The notes beneath the pieces were generated by a model. It did not search any database. It was not told where the DNA came from and worked only from the letters and a program-made list of their open reading frames with translations. From the NCBI GenBank assembly GCA_044353075.1, contig JBILCO010000001.1, forward strand, positions 1 through 41,354: a stretch of DNA of 41,354 bases, written 5' to 3'. Made by a program: the position numbers and the translations under genes. Source of the stretch: Burkholderiaceae bacterium. Its GTDB lineage: Bacteria; Pseudomonadota; Gammaproteobacteria; Burkholderiales; Burkholderiaceae_D. This document shows, piece after piece, positions 38,844 through 41,354 of this stretch. Positions within the stretch are counted from its first letter, which is position 1; every line of letters begins with the position of its first letter.

Positions 38844-39419
38844 TTACCATCGACCGTTATCCTCGCGCGCCAAATCCAGAAACTCCGTGCGCATGGCCAG
38901 ATTCGGCTGCAATTCACCCAGCATGGCCGAGGTTACCGTTTCCTCGCCCGCAGTCCGGATGCCACGGCTTTCCATACAGAGATGACGGCAGCGGACAACG
39001 ACGCCAACCGCCTTAGGTTCCAGCGTTTCCATCAGCGCATTGGCAATCTGTATGGTCATTCGCTCCTGTACTTGCAAGCGCCGTGAAAAGCATTCGACCA
39101 GACGCGTCAGTTTGGACAGGCCGACGATTTTTCCGTTTGGCATATAACCTACGGTCGCCTTGCCAAAAAATGGGGCGAGATGATGCTCACAATGGCTATA
39201 GACAGGAATATTGCGCACAACGATCAGTTCGTTGTATTGCTCTGCGCCGTCCTCAAAGGTCTTGAGCACATCGGCAGGATTTTGCTGATAGCCGGAAGTC
39301 CAGGACATCCAGGCTTTTGCCACACGCGCCGGCGTTTCACGCAGACCGGGCCGGTCAGGGTCTTCGCCTATGCTGACAAGAAATCGCCGCCAGTCATGTT
39401 CGGTGAATTGTTCGGACAT
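38844..39419 (-). CDS. folE: GTP cyclohydrolase I (FolE, type IA)
   Basis: GLRETPARVAK, SHCEHHLAPF, GLSKLTRLV, RRLQVQER and HLCMESRG. Confidence 0.96.
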   Translation of the reverse strand: MSEQFTEHDWRRFLVSIGEDPDRPGLRETPARVAKAWMSWTSGYQQNPADVLKTFEDGAEQYNELIVVRNIPVYSHCEHHLAPFFGKATVGYMPNGKIVGLSKLTRLVECFSRRLQVQERMTIQIANALMETLEPKAVGVVVRCRHLCMESRGIRTAGEETVTSAMLGELQPNLAMRTEFLDLAREDNGRW

Positions 39420-39439
39420 GCAAGTCTTTCAAAAGTAAT

Positions 39440-39511
39440 GGGATGGATGCCAGGGCCGATCTCGCAAGCGGCAAGGCAACCTCCGACCCTGATGGACGCG
39501 CCATCCTACCC
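39440..39511 (-). ncRNA. Candidate structured cis-regulatory RNA in the folE leader (family unassigned)
   Basis: Long irregular hairpin whose G-U pairs form only on the folE-sense strand. It ends 20 nt before the ATG. Confidence 0.45.
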
Positions 39512-39639
39512 GAATTTGGAAATTATTTTTTTGGGTCGCTTGTGGGGCACTTTATCCAGCCGCTTGGGTTATGCTTTGTGGCTTGTTTCCTCCCTGTCCA
39601 GGAATTCATTCCTCCTTTTCAGAATAAAGGCGCATTCGT

Positions 39640-40605
39640 ATGCAAATTAAGCAAAACTTTTTTTCATTTACCGGCCTGACGCTGGCGCTCGCCGCGCTGT
39701 GCGCTCCAACCATGGCGCTGGCAGCGCCGTTCGCCTACGTGCCCAATGAGAAATCGGGCACCTTGTCCGTCATCGATACGGAAACAGACACGGTAATTAC
39801 CGAAATCAAGGCAGGCGACAAGCCTCGCGGACTGGCCGTTTCCATTGATGGCAAGACGTTGTATGTCAGTGATCAGCCCAACAATGTGCTGGTCAAAATC
39901 AATCTGGAAGAGCGCGCAGTCGCAGGGACTATTGATCTTGGCGAATCGCCGGAGGGGGTGTCCATGTCACCCGATGGCAAATGGGTCGCGGCTGCCTCTG
40001 AAGTCAGTAACTCTGTGAATTTCATTTCGACAGAGACGGGTCGCAAAATGTTTGCGGTGAAAACCAAGGGTAAAAACCCGGAGCACGCGGTGTTCAGTCC
40101 GGACGGCACACTGATGTTTGTCTCGGCTGAGGAAGCCGACAGAGTGGATATCATTGATGTAAAAAAACGCAAACAGATCGGTTCCGTGAAAGTCGGCGAC
40201 CGGCCGCGCGGCATGGCATTTCGTCCTGACGGCAAGGTTGTTTACGTGGCCTCGGAAATGGCCAGCATGGTGTACGCAATCGATGTCGCCAGCCGCAAGG
40301 TGATCAAGCAAATCAAAGCCGGTAATTTTTGTAACGGGGTCACCATGGCACCGGACGGCAGGCGCGTTTACATTTCGAACGGCAAGGACGGTACCGTCTC
40401 TGCGATCGATACATCCGACAATACCGTGGTAGCGACTATCCCGGTGGGCAAGCGTCCGTGGAACATGGCGATCACGCCCGATGGCAAAAAGCTTTATGTC
40501 GCGAATGGCCGCTCCAATTCCGTGACAGTCATTGATACTGAACAACTGGCGCCGTCCGGCGAAATAAAAGTGGGCGAGATGCCCTGGGGCGTCGTGATTC
40601 GCTGA
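39640..40605 (+). CDS. YVTN-family beta-propeller repeat protein (secreted)
   Basis: Signal peptide and about 7 repeats of the type P.G.A.SPDGK.LYV.N.....VSVID. Confidence 0.88.
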   Translation: MQIKQNFFSFTGLTLALAALCAPTMALAAPFAYVPNEKSGTLSVIDTETDTVITEIKAGDKPRGLAVSIDGKTLYVSDQPNNVLVKINLEERAVAGTIDLGESPEGVSMSPDGKWVAAASEVSNSVNFISTETGRKMFAVKTKGKNPEHAVFSPDGTLMFVSAEEADRVDIIDVKKRKQIGSVKVGDRPRGMAFRPDGKVVYVASEMASMVYAIDVASRKVIKQIKAGNFCNGVTMAPDGRRVYISNGKDGTVSAIDTSDNTVVATIPVGKRPWNMAITPDGKKLYVANGRSNSVTVIDTEQLAPSGEIKVGEMPWGVVIR

Positions 40606-40628
40606 GCCAAATTGTCGGACTCCCGGCC

Positions 40629-40662
40629 AACGCCTGCCTGCTTTGTTGCTCGCAGGCGTTTT
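40629..40662 (+). terminator. Probable intrinsic terminator after the YVTN gene
   Basis: AACGCCTGC-N14-GCAGGCGTT followed by TTCATTTT. Confidence 0.6.
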
Positions 40663-40905
40663 CATTTTGCTCACTTAACGCTCTTCTTTGAGACATTGTT
40701 GAGATCTAAAAGGGCGACAGGGCGGAAACACGCTATTGGTGAAAAAAATTCACTTGTGGCCAAAAGAGTGGAAACTTTATATTCCATGGCCCCAATGTGT
40801 ATCAATGCCGAACTTTTAAAATTTGTTGTTAAAACATAAATGAAAGTTTTGCTTGGGTCATGTGGTTCATTCCTCAGTCAACAGAAAACCAATCGGAGAT
40901 TAAAC

Positions 40906-41354
40906 TTGGCTAAATCCAACGTATTTGTGAAGAGCGTTCTGGCATCGGCGATGCTTGTTGCGTTCTCCGCATCCAGCTTTGCGAAAGACGAGAATCTGGA
41001 AAAGATCTCGGCAATGAAAAACACCGACACAGCAATCGACATCCCTACCGTTCCACAGAGCGGCAAGAATGTTGACCAGCTCAAGGCCAACCTGAAAAAG
41101 ATCAAGATGCCTGAAGGCTTCAAGATCGAACTGTACGCTGTCGTCCCTGACGCACGTTACATGGCGGTTGCTCCTTCGACCAACATGCTGTTTGTTGGCA
41201 CCCGCAAGACCACCGTTTGGGCTGTGACTGACCGTAACGGCGACATGACCGCTGACGAAGTCAAGCCTTTCGCTCCTTCGATCAAATTCAAGAACCCGAA
41301 CGGCGTTTGCTGGACAAAAGACGGCTTCCTGGTCGTGGTTGAGTCGAACCGCGT
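40906..41354 (+). CDS. Sorbosone/PQQ-dependent sugar dehydrogenase family protein (5' part, runs off the window)
   Basis: Not in the ORF track. SD GGAG and TTG 40906 give MAKSNVFVKSVLASAMLVAFSASSFA (signal peptide)...IKMPEGFKIELYAVVPDARYMAV...LFVGTRK...NPNGVCW. Confidence 0.75.
   Translation, partial: MAKSNVFVKSVLASAMLVAFSASSFAKDENLEKISAMKNTDTAIDIPTVPQSGKNVDQLKANLKKIKMPEGFKIELYAVVPDARYMAVAPSTNMLFVGTRKTTVWAVTDRNGDMTADEVKPFAPSIKFKNPNGVCWTKDGFLVVVESNR

Noticed and set aside
39436-39511. Fluoride riboswitch on the plus strand (CTGATG...CCTAC resemblance)
   Set aside because: Spacing and the 5' core do not fit, G-U pairing favours the minus strand, and no fluoride-related gene is adjacent.

Overview
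Core chromosomal region of a GC-rich betaproteobacterium (Burkholderiales-like, inferred from gene content and order). No CRISPR array, prophage, IS element, rRNA or tRNA was found. Left to right it carries: gshA (partial); a TorF-porin/glnK/amtB nitrogen operon with a sigma-54 promoter and two NtrC-like boxes; ubiK-comM; a lipoprotein and an MFS transporter; DUF1840-rsmB-DUF4390-ntrY-ntrX; a TrmB-like methyltransferase; a YafJ-type amidotransferase; metH behind a SAM-II riboswitch with a terminator; fmt-def; lysM-dprA-smg-topB; a Gly/Ser-rich lipoprotein; an MFS with a 43-aa partner; a PLP aminotransferase; a MesD-type methionine synthase; DUF3717; a B12-binding radical SAM coupled to an acyl-CoA ligase; phasin; an FAD oxidoreductase; DUF4142; a SET-domain methyltransferase; folE; a YVTN beta-propeller; and a partial sorbosone/PQQ dehydrogenase-family gene. 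The best leads are: (1) a histone-like (AKKAV)6-AKKST tail on topoisomerase III, with a nearby SET methyltransferase that also ends in AKKST, suggesting a bacterial lysine-methylation circuit; (2) unassigned structured RNA leaders upstream of folE and gshA; (3) a SAM-II riboswitch wired to transcription termination; (4) MesD with no adjacent mesX. All product calls rest on motif recognition by eye and no database search was run.
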